Below are positions 1 to 7,847 of a stretch of DNA of 12,283 nt, piece by piece. The stretch spans positions 1 through 12,283 of the forward strand of contig CANMWZ010000062.1 of the NCBI GenBank assembly GCA_947501605.1, read 5' to 3'. Position 1 is the first letter of the stretch. Every line of letters begins with the position of its first letter. The DNA comes from Planctomycetota bacterium (lineage in GTDB: Bacteria > Planctomycetota > UBA1135 > UBA2386). Both the position numbers and the translations under genes were made by a program. The notes under the pieces were generated by a model. The model was given only the letters and a program-made list of their open reading frames with translations, was not told the origin of the DNA and ran no database searches.

Positions 1-25
1 GAGCCAGGATCAAACCCTTCACTTT
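1..25 (-). rRNA. rrs: 16S rRNA gene, 5' end (runs off the window edge)
   Basis: Reverse complement of 1-25 is AAAGTGAAGGGTTTGATCCTGGCTC. This aligns with the universal 16S 5' end (E. coli AAATTGAAGAGTTTGATCATGGCTCAG, the 27F primer site). An rRNA-type promoter and boxA-like site lie upstream. Confidence 0.93.
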
Positions 26-152
26 GAAGATGTTCGTCCAGTGTCTACCCACGGCTTTCGCCGCGGGCGGCTGGCAGGCCCGGCGTCACCCGAGGGCAAC
101 GCCTACCTGCATATTTACGTACTCACACGTTTCGATTTCGAGGCCACCCAGA

Positions 153-165
153 ATGCCAAAGATCG
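153..165 (-). promoter_or_regulatory. boxA-like antitermination element in the rRNA leader
   Basis: Minus strand reads GCGATCTTTGGCAT, resembling rrn boxA (TGCTCTTTAACA / GATCTTTGAAAA type). It lies about 35 nt downstream of the predicted start site, and a nested leader hairpin follows at 74-110. Confidence 0.6.
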
Positions 166-203
166 CGCGCAGCACAGCTTCGCAGCCGTGAGGCGGGCGA
201 GAG

Positions 204-231
204 AGATTAGCGAGCGGAGCGCTGTCGTCAA
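204..231 (-). promoter_or_regulatory. sigma70-type rRNA promoter
   Basis: Minus strand TTGACG (226-231), 16-nt spacer, TAATCT (204-209). A GC-rich discriminator-like stretch follows and a T-tract (242-247) lies upstream. A 16-bp spacer is typical of rrn promoters. Confidence 0.8.
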
Positions 232-306
232 GGACTCAGTCAAAAAACGAGGGGACGGCCAAGATGATCGCAAGCCCTTAGCCGGGCCAACTTTAAGTGG
301 TTTCAG

Positions 307-1599
307 TCACCCAGGAAGCCGGCGAATTCGCGCGGCGCGCCCAGGATTCTGGGCGTGAATCCGCTCGAAACGGAGGCCGGAAGCCGGGTGCCGGAGCCGA
401 ACGGAGTCGATCGCCGAACCATCCACGGCGAGAGCCCGTAGCTCCAGGAGCCGCCCCACCACCTCGACCCGGCACCAGTGGTAGACCGACTGCGCCACGC
501 GCACCCGTGGATCCGGGCGGATGGGGTAGAGGCTCTTGCCACCGCCCCCACTGACCACCTGAATGACGCCCTCTCCCGGTTCGCCGAAACGCTGGTAGGT
601 GTGGTCGTGACCGCTCAGGTAGAGGTCGACGCCGTAGTCCTCGAGCAGTGGTAAGAGCGTCAACCGGAGGTCGGCACGGTCTGCTTGCCGCGAGGCGCTC
701 AGGATGGGGTAGTGCGACATGACCACGACCCAAGGCTCCTCACAGGTCGTCAGCTGCTGCTGCAGGAAGACGACCGCCGGGTGCGCTGCTACTAGCGGCT
801 TCCCACCTGGACCCGCAACATCGAGCCCCAGGTCGAGCGCGATGACGCGCACCGGGCCAAAGGCGAAGGAGTAGCACCTCTCGTCACCGGTGCTCGCCCC
901 ACGGGGCAAGGCGAAGTTCGCCAGGGCCTGACGACCGTTGTCGTCCATGACATCGTGGTTGCCGAGCGCGACGTAGAAGGGGGCTTGCCGCAGCGCCGCA
1001 GCGAACGGGCGAAAGAACCCTGGCCCGTAGTGCTGTTGGTGACCGCGCGGGTAGACCACGTCGCCAACGTGCAGGACGAAGTCCGGCTCCGCGGCAGCAA
1101 CGCGCTCGCCGATCGCCGTGACCTCGCCGGCGGCAGCCAGCCAACGCTGTTCAGCGGGCACGCGGAAGAGCCAGGAGGTCTGCATCCAGATCCACCACGG
1201 CAGCCCGCCAGAGTCGCCCACGATCGCAAAGCGCACCGGCTCGCCATCGCCAGTATCCCCAGCCGGCGGCGTGTGGATGCGACCCTCTTCGCCACCATCC
1301 AAGGCCCCCGCAGCCACCATCCGCCAACGGTGCTGCTGCCCTGGGGCGAGGCCTTCCACGACGAATGCGTGCCGCCGAAGACCTCTGCTGACAAGGCGGC
1401 GGACCTGGCCCAGCTCATCCCCCACCAGCAGGTCGAGATCCGCCGACGCCCCCGTGACCTTGCACACGATCGCGCTGGTCGACCGAACGTCCTGCACGTA
1501 GGCCCCGGTCGCAAGTGGCGGTGCGTCCAGCAGCGGCAACAGCGGCACCGACAGCGCCAGTGCCCACAAACCCCGACGCAGCCAGATTCGCGTGGTCAC
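307..1599 (-). CDS. Purple acid phosphatase-like metallophosphoesterase with N-terminal signal/anchor and FN3-like domain (~430 aa)
   Basis: All five metal-ligand motifs are present: GDSG, GDVVY, GNHD, MSHYP, GHDH. Start reassigned to GTG at 1599 (VTTRIWLRRGLWALALSVPLL, basic then hydrophobic), 8 nt after the queF stop. The ORF-track extension to 1773 overlaps queF. Confidence 0.88.
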   Translation of the reverse strand: MTTRIWLRRGLWALALSVPLLPLLDAPPLATGAYVQDVRSTSAIVCKVTGASADLDLLVGDELGQVRRLVSRGLRRHAFVVEGLAPGQQHRWRMVAAGALDGGEEGRIHTPPAGDTGDGEPVRFAIVGDSGGLPWWIWMQTSWLFRVPAEQRWLAAAGEVTAIGERVAAAEPDFVLHVGDVVYPRGHQQHYGPGFFRPFAAALRQAPFYVALGNHDVMDDNGRQALANFALPRGASTGDERCYSFAFGPVRVIALDLGLDVAGPGGKPLVAAHPAVVFLQQQLTTCEEPWVVVMSHYPILSASRQADRADLRLTLLPLLEDYGVDLYLSGHDHTYQRFGEPGEGVIQVVSGGGGKSLYPIRPDPRVRVAQSVYHWCRVEVVGRLLELRALAVDGSAIDSVRLRHPASGLRFERIHAQNPGRAARIRRLPG

Positions 1600-1607
1600 G
1601 CCGAGAC

Positions 1608-1979
1608 TCAATTCTTGGTCCCGTGGCGACAGACCACGGTGGTGTAGATGCCGCCGCGAACCTTGAACTCGGCCTCGATCTCCAAGTACCGCGGCGCCAT
1701 CACATTCACGAGGTCGTCGCAAATGCGGTTGGCCACAGCCTCGTGGAAGGCCCCCACGTCGCGGTAGCTCCACAGATAGAGCTTGAGCGACTTCAACTCG
1801 ACGCAGGTCTGGCCGGGCACATAACGGATGCGCAGCGTTGCAAAGTCAGGCTGCCCGGTCTTCGGACACAGACAGGTGAACTCTGGGCATTCGAAACGGA
1901 CCTCGTAGTCACGACCTGGGCGCGGATTCGGAAACGTCTCGAGCGTCGACAGTTGGTTTGCAGGCGTACCTTCAGACAT
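1608..1979 (-). CDS. queF: NADPH-dependent 7-cyano-7-deazaguanine reductase (preQ1 synthase), unimodular type, 123 aa
   Basis: Contains [16 protein letters not shown] with the catalytic Cys/Asp, the QueF motif [16 protein letters not shown] and RGGI. Start set at the ATG at 1979 (MSEGTP); an in-frame ATG at 1988 is an alternative. Confidence 0.96.
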   Translation of the reverse strand: MSEGTPANQLSTLETFPNPRPGRDYEVRFECPEFTCLCPKTGQPDFATLRIRYVPGQTCVELKSLKLYLWSYRDVGAFHEAVANRICDDLVNVMAPRYLEIEAEFKVRGGIYTTVVCRHGTKN

Positions 1980-2396
1980 GCCGCGCATCCTACGACCAGC
2001 AGCACGTTGAAGCAGGCCTCCTGCCAAGACACGCGAAGAGCAACCCGATCGCAGCGTGGCCCGATCTGCGTCGAGGCAATCGACGCGGCACGACTGTGCG
2101 CCGAGCCGCCCGCTGAAGAACGGCACCGTCACCAACAGCATGGCAGACAGGGCGAGATCACGGTGCGCGAGTGGAGTCGAGTAGGATTGGACGGAGGTCG
2201 CGCGGCGCAGTGCTCGGTTCGTGGGCGCGGCGCGCAGGCAGGATGCGCTCTTCGATGGGCTGCCAGCCCAACCAGCGCCTCCCAACAGCCCGTCTCAGGC
2301 GCACTCCAGGGTCGTCGACGACAGGGAATCAGGCACGGAAGACCGCAGCGGCGGCGGCTGACACGCACCGCACAGCCGAGGCCGTTACCACACGAG

Positions 2397-3389
2397 CTAC
2401 TCGGTCACCGACGGGGCGACGCGCCCTTGGGCAGCGGCAAACTCCATGCAGACCGGCCCCCGAGGATGCGAGCACCGCGAACGTCGGCACGGCATGCAGG
2501 ACGGTGGCAGCGGGTGCTGCAGCACGTGCGCGCGAGGCGGCGCCGTCAGGGCCGGATCCTGCGGGCCGAACAACACGGTCACCGATGCTCCAGTCGCAGC
2601 GAGCACGTGGGCTGGCCCTTGATCGGCGCCGAGCACCTCACCGCCGACACGAGCGACGAGGGCGCCCAGGCCGACGAGGTGCCGCAGCTCGCCGCGCTGC
2701 TGCTGCAGCACCGGAAAGCCCCTAGGCAAGCTGAGGCCTTGCTCGTGCGGGCCGGCGACGAGCAACACCGGCCGGCCGTTGGCGGCTGAGGCATCGATCG
2801 CCACCTGTCGCAGGCTTCGCGGGTCTTCGGGACGACCGAGCAACACGACGAGGAAGGGGCAGGTCGGGTCGACGCCAGCATCGCGGACTCGTGCCGCCGC
2901 CGCGCCTACCTCGTCCTCGGTCGCCTCGAGTTGCGGCGGCAACCACAGGGCCGACGGCGCCAGCTCGCGAACCACCGCCATCGCTACCAGAGCTGGGTGC
3001 CGCGGCCCATGGATCGCCACTAGGTCGGTCAGCAGCGCGCGACTCCACGGCTCCTGCCGCCCGCTGGCACCGGCGCCAATGCGGTGACGGCAACCCGCCA
3101 GCCACGCACAGAGCGCGCTCTTCCAGTTGCCCTGTAGGTCGAGGGCAACGTCGCAGCGCAACGCGCGCAGCACAGCTCTCGTTCGCCACCACGCCGATAG
3201 ACCGCCGCGCCGATCGTGCGCTACCACTTCGGCGATGCCAGGCACACCCTGCAGCAGGGGCACGTTCTCGCGTTGCGTGACGAAGCAGAGTTGGAGGTCC
3301 GGCCGCGCCGCATGAAGCGCACGCACGGCACCAAGGCACTGCACGACATCGCCCATCGCCGACAGGCGGACGAGCAACACGCGAGTCAT
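2397..3389 (-). CDS. Glycosyltransferase family 9 (ADP-heptose:LPS heptosyltransferase-like), 330 aa
   Basis: N-terminal RVLLVRLSAMGDVV, DVALDLQGNWKSA, GADQGPAHVLAATG..VTVLFGP, and C-terminal CxxC..C..C. The ATG at 3389 overlaps the upstream stop (ATGA). Confidence 0.9.
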   Translation of the reverse strand: MTRVLLVRLSAMGDVVQCLGAVRALHAARPDLQLCFVTQRENVPLLQGVPGIAEVVAHDRRGGLSAWWRTRAVLRALRCDVALDLQGNWKSALCAWLAGCRHRIGAGASGRQEPWSRALLTDLVAIHGPRHPALVAMAVVRELAPSALWLPPQLEATEDEVGAAAARVRDAGVDPTCPFLVVLLGRPEDPRSLRQVAIDASAANGRPVLLVAGPHEQGLSLPRGFPVLQQQRGELRHLVGLGALVARVGGEVLGADQGPAHVLAATGASVTVLFGPQDPALTAPPRAHVLQHPLPPSCMPCRRSRCSHPRGPVCMEFAAAQGRVAPSVTE

Positions 3390-4918
3390 CGGCCGGCCCG
3401 ACGCTCTTCGACGACCCACACGCCGCGGCCCGTACACAGCCGCAAGCGCTCTTCGTAGTCGGGGCGCGCCGGCAGTGCTGACACGCCTTTGGCTTCGAGC
3501 AGCAGGAATCGCGCAGTTGGCGCGCGGCGAACGTATTCCTGCCCAAGGGGCAAGAGACTCGCGCCCAGCAGCAAGCCGCCATGCACGTGACCGTAGCCTT
3601 CGACGGTCTCGCTGGTCGCGCCGAGTCGCCGAAGTTCGTGTTCCATCCGCACGCCGTGCACCGCGACCGCGCGCGGCCCGATCACGTGTCGGTCCCGCCA
3701 ATCCGCCAGCGCGGTCCAACCCGCGAGCACTGGCAGCCACAGACACATTGCGACCATCGCACGCGGGGTTCGCACCCACATCGGCATCAGCGCAGCGACA
3801 ACTGCAAGGACCGGCGTGCGCGGTGGAATTGGTGCCGGAATCCACGGTAGCGCGAGCAGCGTGAGCGCGCCGAGAACGCCGAGCACGCGCACCGAGCCCG
3901 TGGCGATGTGGCCCAGTTTTGACGCCCGCAACGCGTAGTGCGCGACCGCGGGCGCGACCGCGAACGTGAACAAGGGCACGTTGGGCAGCAGGTAGCGCGT
4001 CGGTTTGTCGGGGAACAAGGCGAGCAGCGCGACCGCGAGCACCGCGGCACCGCTGCACATCCGCAGCGTCAGATCGTCGGGATCCATTCGCGCGTCGCGC
4101 TTGCTGCGATGCTCCCAGAAGCACCAAAACACCAACGGCGCCTGCACCAGCACGGCGCGAACCAAGAGCAACGGGATCTCCAGAAGTTCGATCCACTCAT
4201 GACCGAACAAGCGCCCCACCGTCTCGGTGCTCGCGGTGGCCGAAGCCTCGCTGATTGCGATCGGACTCGTCAGCACGAGCGCGATCCAAACGCCCGGCAG
4301 CGCGCACAGCGGCACCGCGTAGTAGAGGAAGCCTCGCATGCCGCGACGCCGGAGCCAGACGAGCCATGCTCCAGAGGCAAACAACAGATATGGCGGCCCC
4401 TTGTGCAACAGCGCGAGGGCGCCGAGCACCCCGGCAGCAACCAGTGCCAACTTGCGCTCGCGGGCGACGCCGAACGCGAGCGACCACAACGAACCAGCCG
4501 TGAAGCAGGCGAACACCGGATCGATCTCGGCGGTTGCAAAGTGCGCCACGACCATCGGCGATGCCACGATGCCCAGAGCAGCAATCCAGGCTGTGGCCGC
4601 GCCAAAGGCCCGGCGATGCAGTCCGAATGCCAGCAGCGACAGCAACCAGACGGCGACCATCGACGGCAGGCGCATTGCCAGGTAGCCATCACCGAAGATC
4701 GAATGAGCGCCGCACAGCAGCCAGTAGTGCAGCGGCGGCTTGGCGAACGTTGGCTCGCCGAACAGCGTCGGCACGAGCCACTCACCGCTGCGCAACATCT
4801 CCATGGCGATCTGGACCCGGCGACCTTCGGTACCGTTCCAATCCCGGGTCAACGCGTGCGGCAGCATCGCCGCCAGCGTCGCGGCCAACAGAATCAACGC
4901 CACGCGAGCGCGGCTCAC
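3386..4918 (-). CDS. ArnT/PMT-like GT-C membrane glycosyltransferase using a lipid-phosphate-sugar donor (~510 aa)
   Basis: EGRRVQIAMEMLRSGEWLVPTLFGEPTFAKPPLHYWL, RLPS, EID and HKGP motifs, plus many hydrophobic segments. GTG start at 4918 overlaps the GT2 stop (GTGA), with a strong SD GGAGGAGG at 4923-4930. Confidence 0.9.
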   Translation of the reverse strand: MSRARVALILLAATLAAMLPHALTRDWNGTEGRRVQIAMEMLRSGEWLVPTLFGEPTFAKPPLHYWLLCGAHSIFGDGYLAMRLPSMVAVWLLSLLAFGLHRRAFGAATAWIAALGIVASPMVVAHFATAEIDPVFACFTAGSLWSLAFGVARERKLALVAAGVLGALALLHKGPPYLLFASGAWLVWLRRRGMRGFLYYAVPLCALPGVWIALVLTSPIAISEASATASTETVGRLFGHEWIELLEIPLLLVRAVLVQAPLVFWCFWEHRSKRDARMDPDDLTLRMCSGAAVLAVALLALFPDKPTRYLLPNVPLFTFAVAPAVAHYALRASKLGHIATGSVRVLGVLGALTLLALPWIPAPIPPRTPVLAVVAALMPMWVRTPRAMVAMCLWLPVLAGWTALADWRDRHVIGPRAVAVHGVRMEHELRRLGATSETVEGYGHVHGGLLLGASLLPLGQEYVRRAPTARFLLLEAKGVSALPARPDYEERLRLCTGRGVWVVEERRAGR

Positions 4919-5652
4919 GTGACCTCCTCCACGCGCTGACGCAGCACTCGCGTACGCAGCCAGCGCACCGCGAAGCAGTCGCGCAACCCTCGCAAGGCGC
5001 GGTTGCCAATACCGTACTTGGCGACGCCAGCGGCACGAGGACGATGGTTGACGTCGCGTTCGATGACCTTGCCGCCGAGGTAGCGAACCAAGGTAGCCAT
5101 GAACCGGTGCATCCCAGCAAACCGCGGCGCCCGCAGAAACAGCTCGCGACGGATGACCTTGATGCCGCAGGCGGCATCCGTCACCTGATCTCCTGTGACC
5201 CAGTTGCGCACGCCGTTGCCGATGCGCGAACTCATGCGCCGCGTCCACGTGTCTTTGCGCTGGCGGCGCACGCCGACGACGGCGTCGGCGTCGCCCTTCT
5301 CGACGAGCGCGATCATTGCCGGCAGGTCGCGCGGATCATTCTGCATGTCGCCGTCGAGCGTGGCGATGATCGGCCCGCTCGCCTGTTCGACGCCTGCCAA
5401 CACCGCGCCACTCTGGCCACAGTTCGCCGCAAGCTTGACGATGCGGAGCCAGTCAGCAGAGTTCGCGCGCTTCCAATTCTGCATCTTCTCACGACTCGTG
5501 TCGATGGACCCGTCATCGACCAGCAGTGCTTCGAACGGACCGTGCGGCAGCAACTCAGCGGCGATCTCGTCGAGCAGGTTGGCGACATTCTCGGCCTCAT
5601 TGTAGATGGGCACGATCAACGAGAATCGCAGGGCACGGATCGGTTGGGTCAT
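4915..5652 (-). CDS. GT2 polyprenol-phosphate glycosyltransferase (DPM synthase/ArnC/RgtE-like), 245 aa
   Basis: SLIVPIYNEAENV, VDDGSID, NCGQSGA, TLDGDMQNDP (DxD), DAACGIK, MHRFM, HRPRAAGVAKYG. It lacks the two C-terminal TM helices of ArnC. Confidence 0.92.
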   Translation of the reverse strand: MTQPIRALRFSLIVPIYNEAENVANLLDEIAAELLPHGPFEALLVDDGSIDTSREKMQNWKRANSADWLRIVKLAANCGQSGAVLAGVEQASGPIIATLDGDMQNDPRDLPAMIALVEKGDADAVVGVRRQRKDTWTRRMSSRIGNGVRNWVTGDQVTDAACGIKVIRRELFLRAPRFAGMHRFMATLVRYLGGKVIERDVNHRPRAAGVAKYGIGNRALRGLRDCFAVRWLRTRVLRQRVEEVT

Positions 5653-7757
5653 TCATCCTCCAGCCGCAGCCGCCCGTCGACAGCAACGCTGCGTCTGCCG
5701 GACTCGGCGAGGATGAACGGGTTCACCTCGACTTCGGCAATCTGTGGAAAGTCGCTGACCAGCTTCTGCAGCCGCAGCAGTGCATTGGTCGCCATCGCGA
5801 GATCGACCGCCGGAGCACCACGGAACGCACCGAGCAAAGGAGCCCCCTTCAAGGCCGCAAACATCTCCTGCGGGTCCTTGCCGTCGAGCGGACCGACGCG
5901 AATGGCGACGTCGCGCAGCACTTCGACCTGAACGCCGCCGAGACCGACGGCATAGAGCGGGCCGTAGCGCGGATCGCGCGTCATGCCGATCAGAATCTCG
6001 CGGTGCCCGGTCGCCTGGGACTGCACCTGCAGTCGCACGTCGGAGAACTGCGGTCTGAGTCGTTCGAGGAGGTCCTTGGCTGCCGCAAACACCTCGTCGC
6101 TGTCGCGAAGGCCGACGCGAACCGCGCGATGTTCGCTCTTGTGCAGCAACTGAGCGGCCTCGGCCTTGAGCACGACGGGCCAACCGAGTTCGTGCGCGGC
6201 AGCAACCGCTTCGCCTGGCGAGCGCACCCGGCGCGACGCCGGAAATGGGATGCCGTAAGCCGTCAGTACGGCCTCAGCCTCAGCGCTCGATAGCCAGCCG
6301 CGTGCACCCTTTCGCCGCAGCACGCGCGCTGCAGCCGCGTGCTGCACCGTCAGGCTTGGCAATCGAATCGGCCGGCGTTCGAGCCATCGTTGACGGCGCA
6401 ACATCTGCCGCAGCGTCGTCGCAGCGTCCTCCGGATAGCGGAACACCGGGAGGCCGGCATCGCGCAGGATCTGCTGCGCTTCGTCGCCGCGCTGGCGCCC
6501 CATGACGCACGCGAGCACCGGCCGCCCACACTTGCTCGTCTCCTCGACGATCGCTTGGGCGACCGCGGCGGCGTCGATCATCACCGGCGACACGAACAGG
6601 ACGACGAGACCATCGACGGTGTCGTCCGCGACGACGACTTTCAGCGCGGCGCGGTAGCGAGCCGCATCCGCCGAGGCGATGAGATCGACCGGGTTGCGAA
6701 CGGATGCCTCCGCTGGCAGCACCTTGCGAAGCGCGCGCTCCGTGGCCGGCAGCAGTGGAGCGACCGCCATGCCGAGACCAACCAGCGCGTCCGTCGCCAG
6801 GATTCCCGGACCACCGGCGTTGGTCACGATCGCCATGCGCGGCCCCTTGGGCAACGGCTGGTCGAGCAGCGCCTGCGCCAGCGCGAACATGTCGCGGAAG
6901 TTGTCGACGCGCAGCACGCCGCACTGCGCCAGCATGGTGTCGACCGCGACATCGGCGCCGGCGATCGAGCCGGTGTGAGAACTCGCAGCCATCGCCCCCG
7001 CGTCGCTGCGGCCCGACTTGACCGCGATGATTGGCTTCTTGCGCGACACTCGCCGCGCCACCTCGACAAACTCCTGCGGCTCACCGACGGTCTCGAGGTA
7101 GAGCAGGATGACGCGAACGTGCGGATCGTCTTCCCAGTAGCCGAGCAGGTCCGCAGCGGTCACGTCGACGCGATTGCCGACCGAGGCAAACATCGCCACG
7201 CCGAGACCCGCCTGCGCGGCATCGGCGAGGATCGCTTCGCCCAAGGCACCCGACTGCGACACCATCGCCACCGCACCAACACTGGGCAGCGTCGCGGAAA
7301 AGCTCGCGTCGAGGGAGAAGCCAGCTTCGGTGTTGATGATGCCCATGCAGTTCGGGCCGATCACACGCATGCCGTAGCGCTTGCTGATATCTGCGAGCTT
7401 CTGCTCGCGGGCTACGCCCTCGCCCCCGACCTCGCGGAAACCCGCGGTGATGACGACGAGACCTTTCACGCCTTTCTTGCCGCACTCTTCAGCGACCTTG
7501 AGCACGACCTCGGGCGGCACCACCAGAACAGCGAGGTCCACCGGACCGGGGATCGCCTTGACGGACCGGTAGGCGGGCACCGACAGAACGACCTCGGCCT
7601 TTGGATTGACGGGATAGACCGGACCCGCGAAGCCACCGCGGATCAGGTTGGACACGACCTGGCGACCGATCGAGCCCTCGCGGCGGCTGGCGCCGACGAC
7701 GGCCACAGAACGGGGTCGGAAGAGGCCGTCTAGGCCGTTTTTTCGATCGTGCTTCAT
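5649..7757 (-). CDS. Acetate/acyl-CoA ligase (ADP-forming), fused alpha+beta, 702 aa
   Basis: CoA-binding N-terminus (PRSVAVVGAS, YPVNP), GPNCMG, SQSGALG, phospho-His motif SHTGS, TNAGGPG, NPVDL, and an ATP-grasp C-terminus (PVVLK, HKSE, EVEVNP). No GNAT domain. Confidence 0.93.
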   Translation of the reverse strand: MKHDRKNGLDGLFRPRSVAVVGASRREGSIGRQVVSNLIRGGFAGPVYPVNPKAEVVLSVPAYRSVKAIPGPVDLAVLVVPPEVVLKVAEECGKKGVKGLVVITAGFREVGGEGVAREQKLADISKRYGMRVIGPNCMGIINTEAGFSLDASFSATLPSVGAVAMVSQSGALGEAILADAAQAGLGVAMFASVGNRVDVTAADLLGYWEDDPHVRVILLYLETVGEPQEFVEVARRVSRKKPIIAVKSGRSDAGAMAASSHTGSIAGADVAVDTMLAQCGVLRVDNFRDMFALAQALLDQPLPKGPRMAIVTNAGGPGILATDALVGLGMAVAPLLPATERALRKVLPAEASVRNPVDLIASADAARYRAALKVVVADDTVDGLVVLFVSPVMIDAAAVAQAIVEETSKCGRPVLACVMGRQRGDEAQQILRDAGLPVFRYPEDAATTLRQMLRRQRWLERRPIRLPSLTVQHAAAARVLRRKGARGWLSSAEAEAVLTAYGIPFPASRRVRSPGEAVAAAHELGWPVVLKAEAAQLLHKSEHRAVRVGLRDSDEVFAAAKDLLERLRPQFSDVRLQVQSQATGHREILIGMTRDPRYGPLYAVGLGGVQVEVLRDVAIRVGPLDGKDPQEMFAALKGAPLLGAFRGAPAVDLAMATNALLRLQKLVSDFPQIAEVEVNPFILAESGRRSVAVDGRLRLEDE

Positions 7758-7811
7758 GCCGCGATCCGGCGCACGTTAGCGGAACGGTCGCGCCAGCGGA
7801 ACGACGCGCGC

Positions 7812-7839
7812 TTGCCTTCGCGAGCAGGACTTACATGAT
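7812..7839 (+). promoter_or_regulatory. Putative sigma70 promoter for the UbiA-family gene
   Basis: TTGCCT (7812-7817), 16-nt spacer, CATGAT (7834-7839), 8 nt before the ATG at 7848. No SD. Confidence 0.4.
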
Positions 7840-7847
7840 CGCTCCTC

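Noticed and set aside
268..300. Imperfect palindrome (AAGCCCTT...CCAACTTTAAGTGG) as a terminator or recombination site
   Set aside because: Stem is weak, there is no U-tract, and it is too degenerate to assign.
41..358. 105-aa plus-strand ORF
   Set aside because: Antisense to the rRNA promoter and leader; no protein motifs.
1980..2285. N-terminal extension of QueF in the ORF track, or a preQ1 riboswitch upstream of queF
   Set aside because: The extension has no domain-like character. No preQ1 aptamer stem with an A-rich tail is visible, and a -10 box sits directly before the ATG at 1979.
5649..7757. Protein lysine acetyltransferase (Pat/Pka) call
   Set aside because: No GNAT domain, and both catalytic histidines (SHTG, HKSE) are retained.
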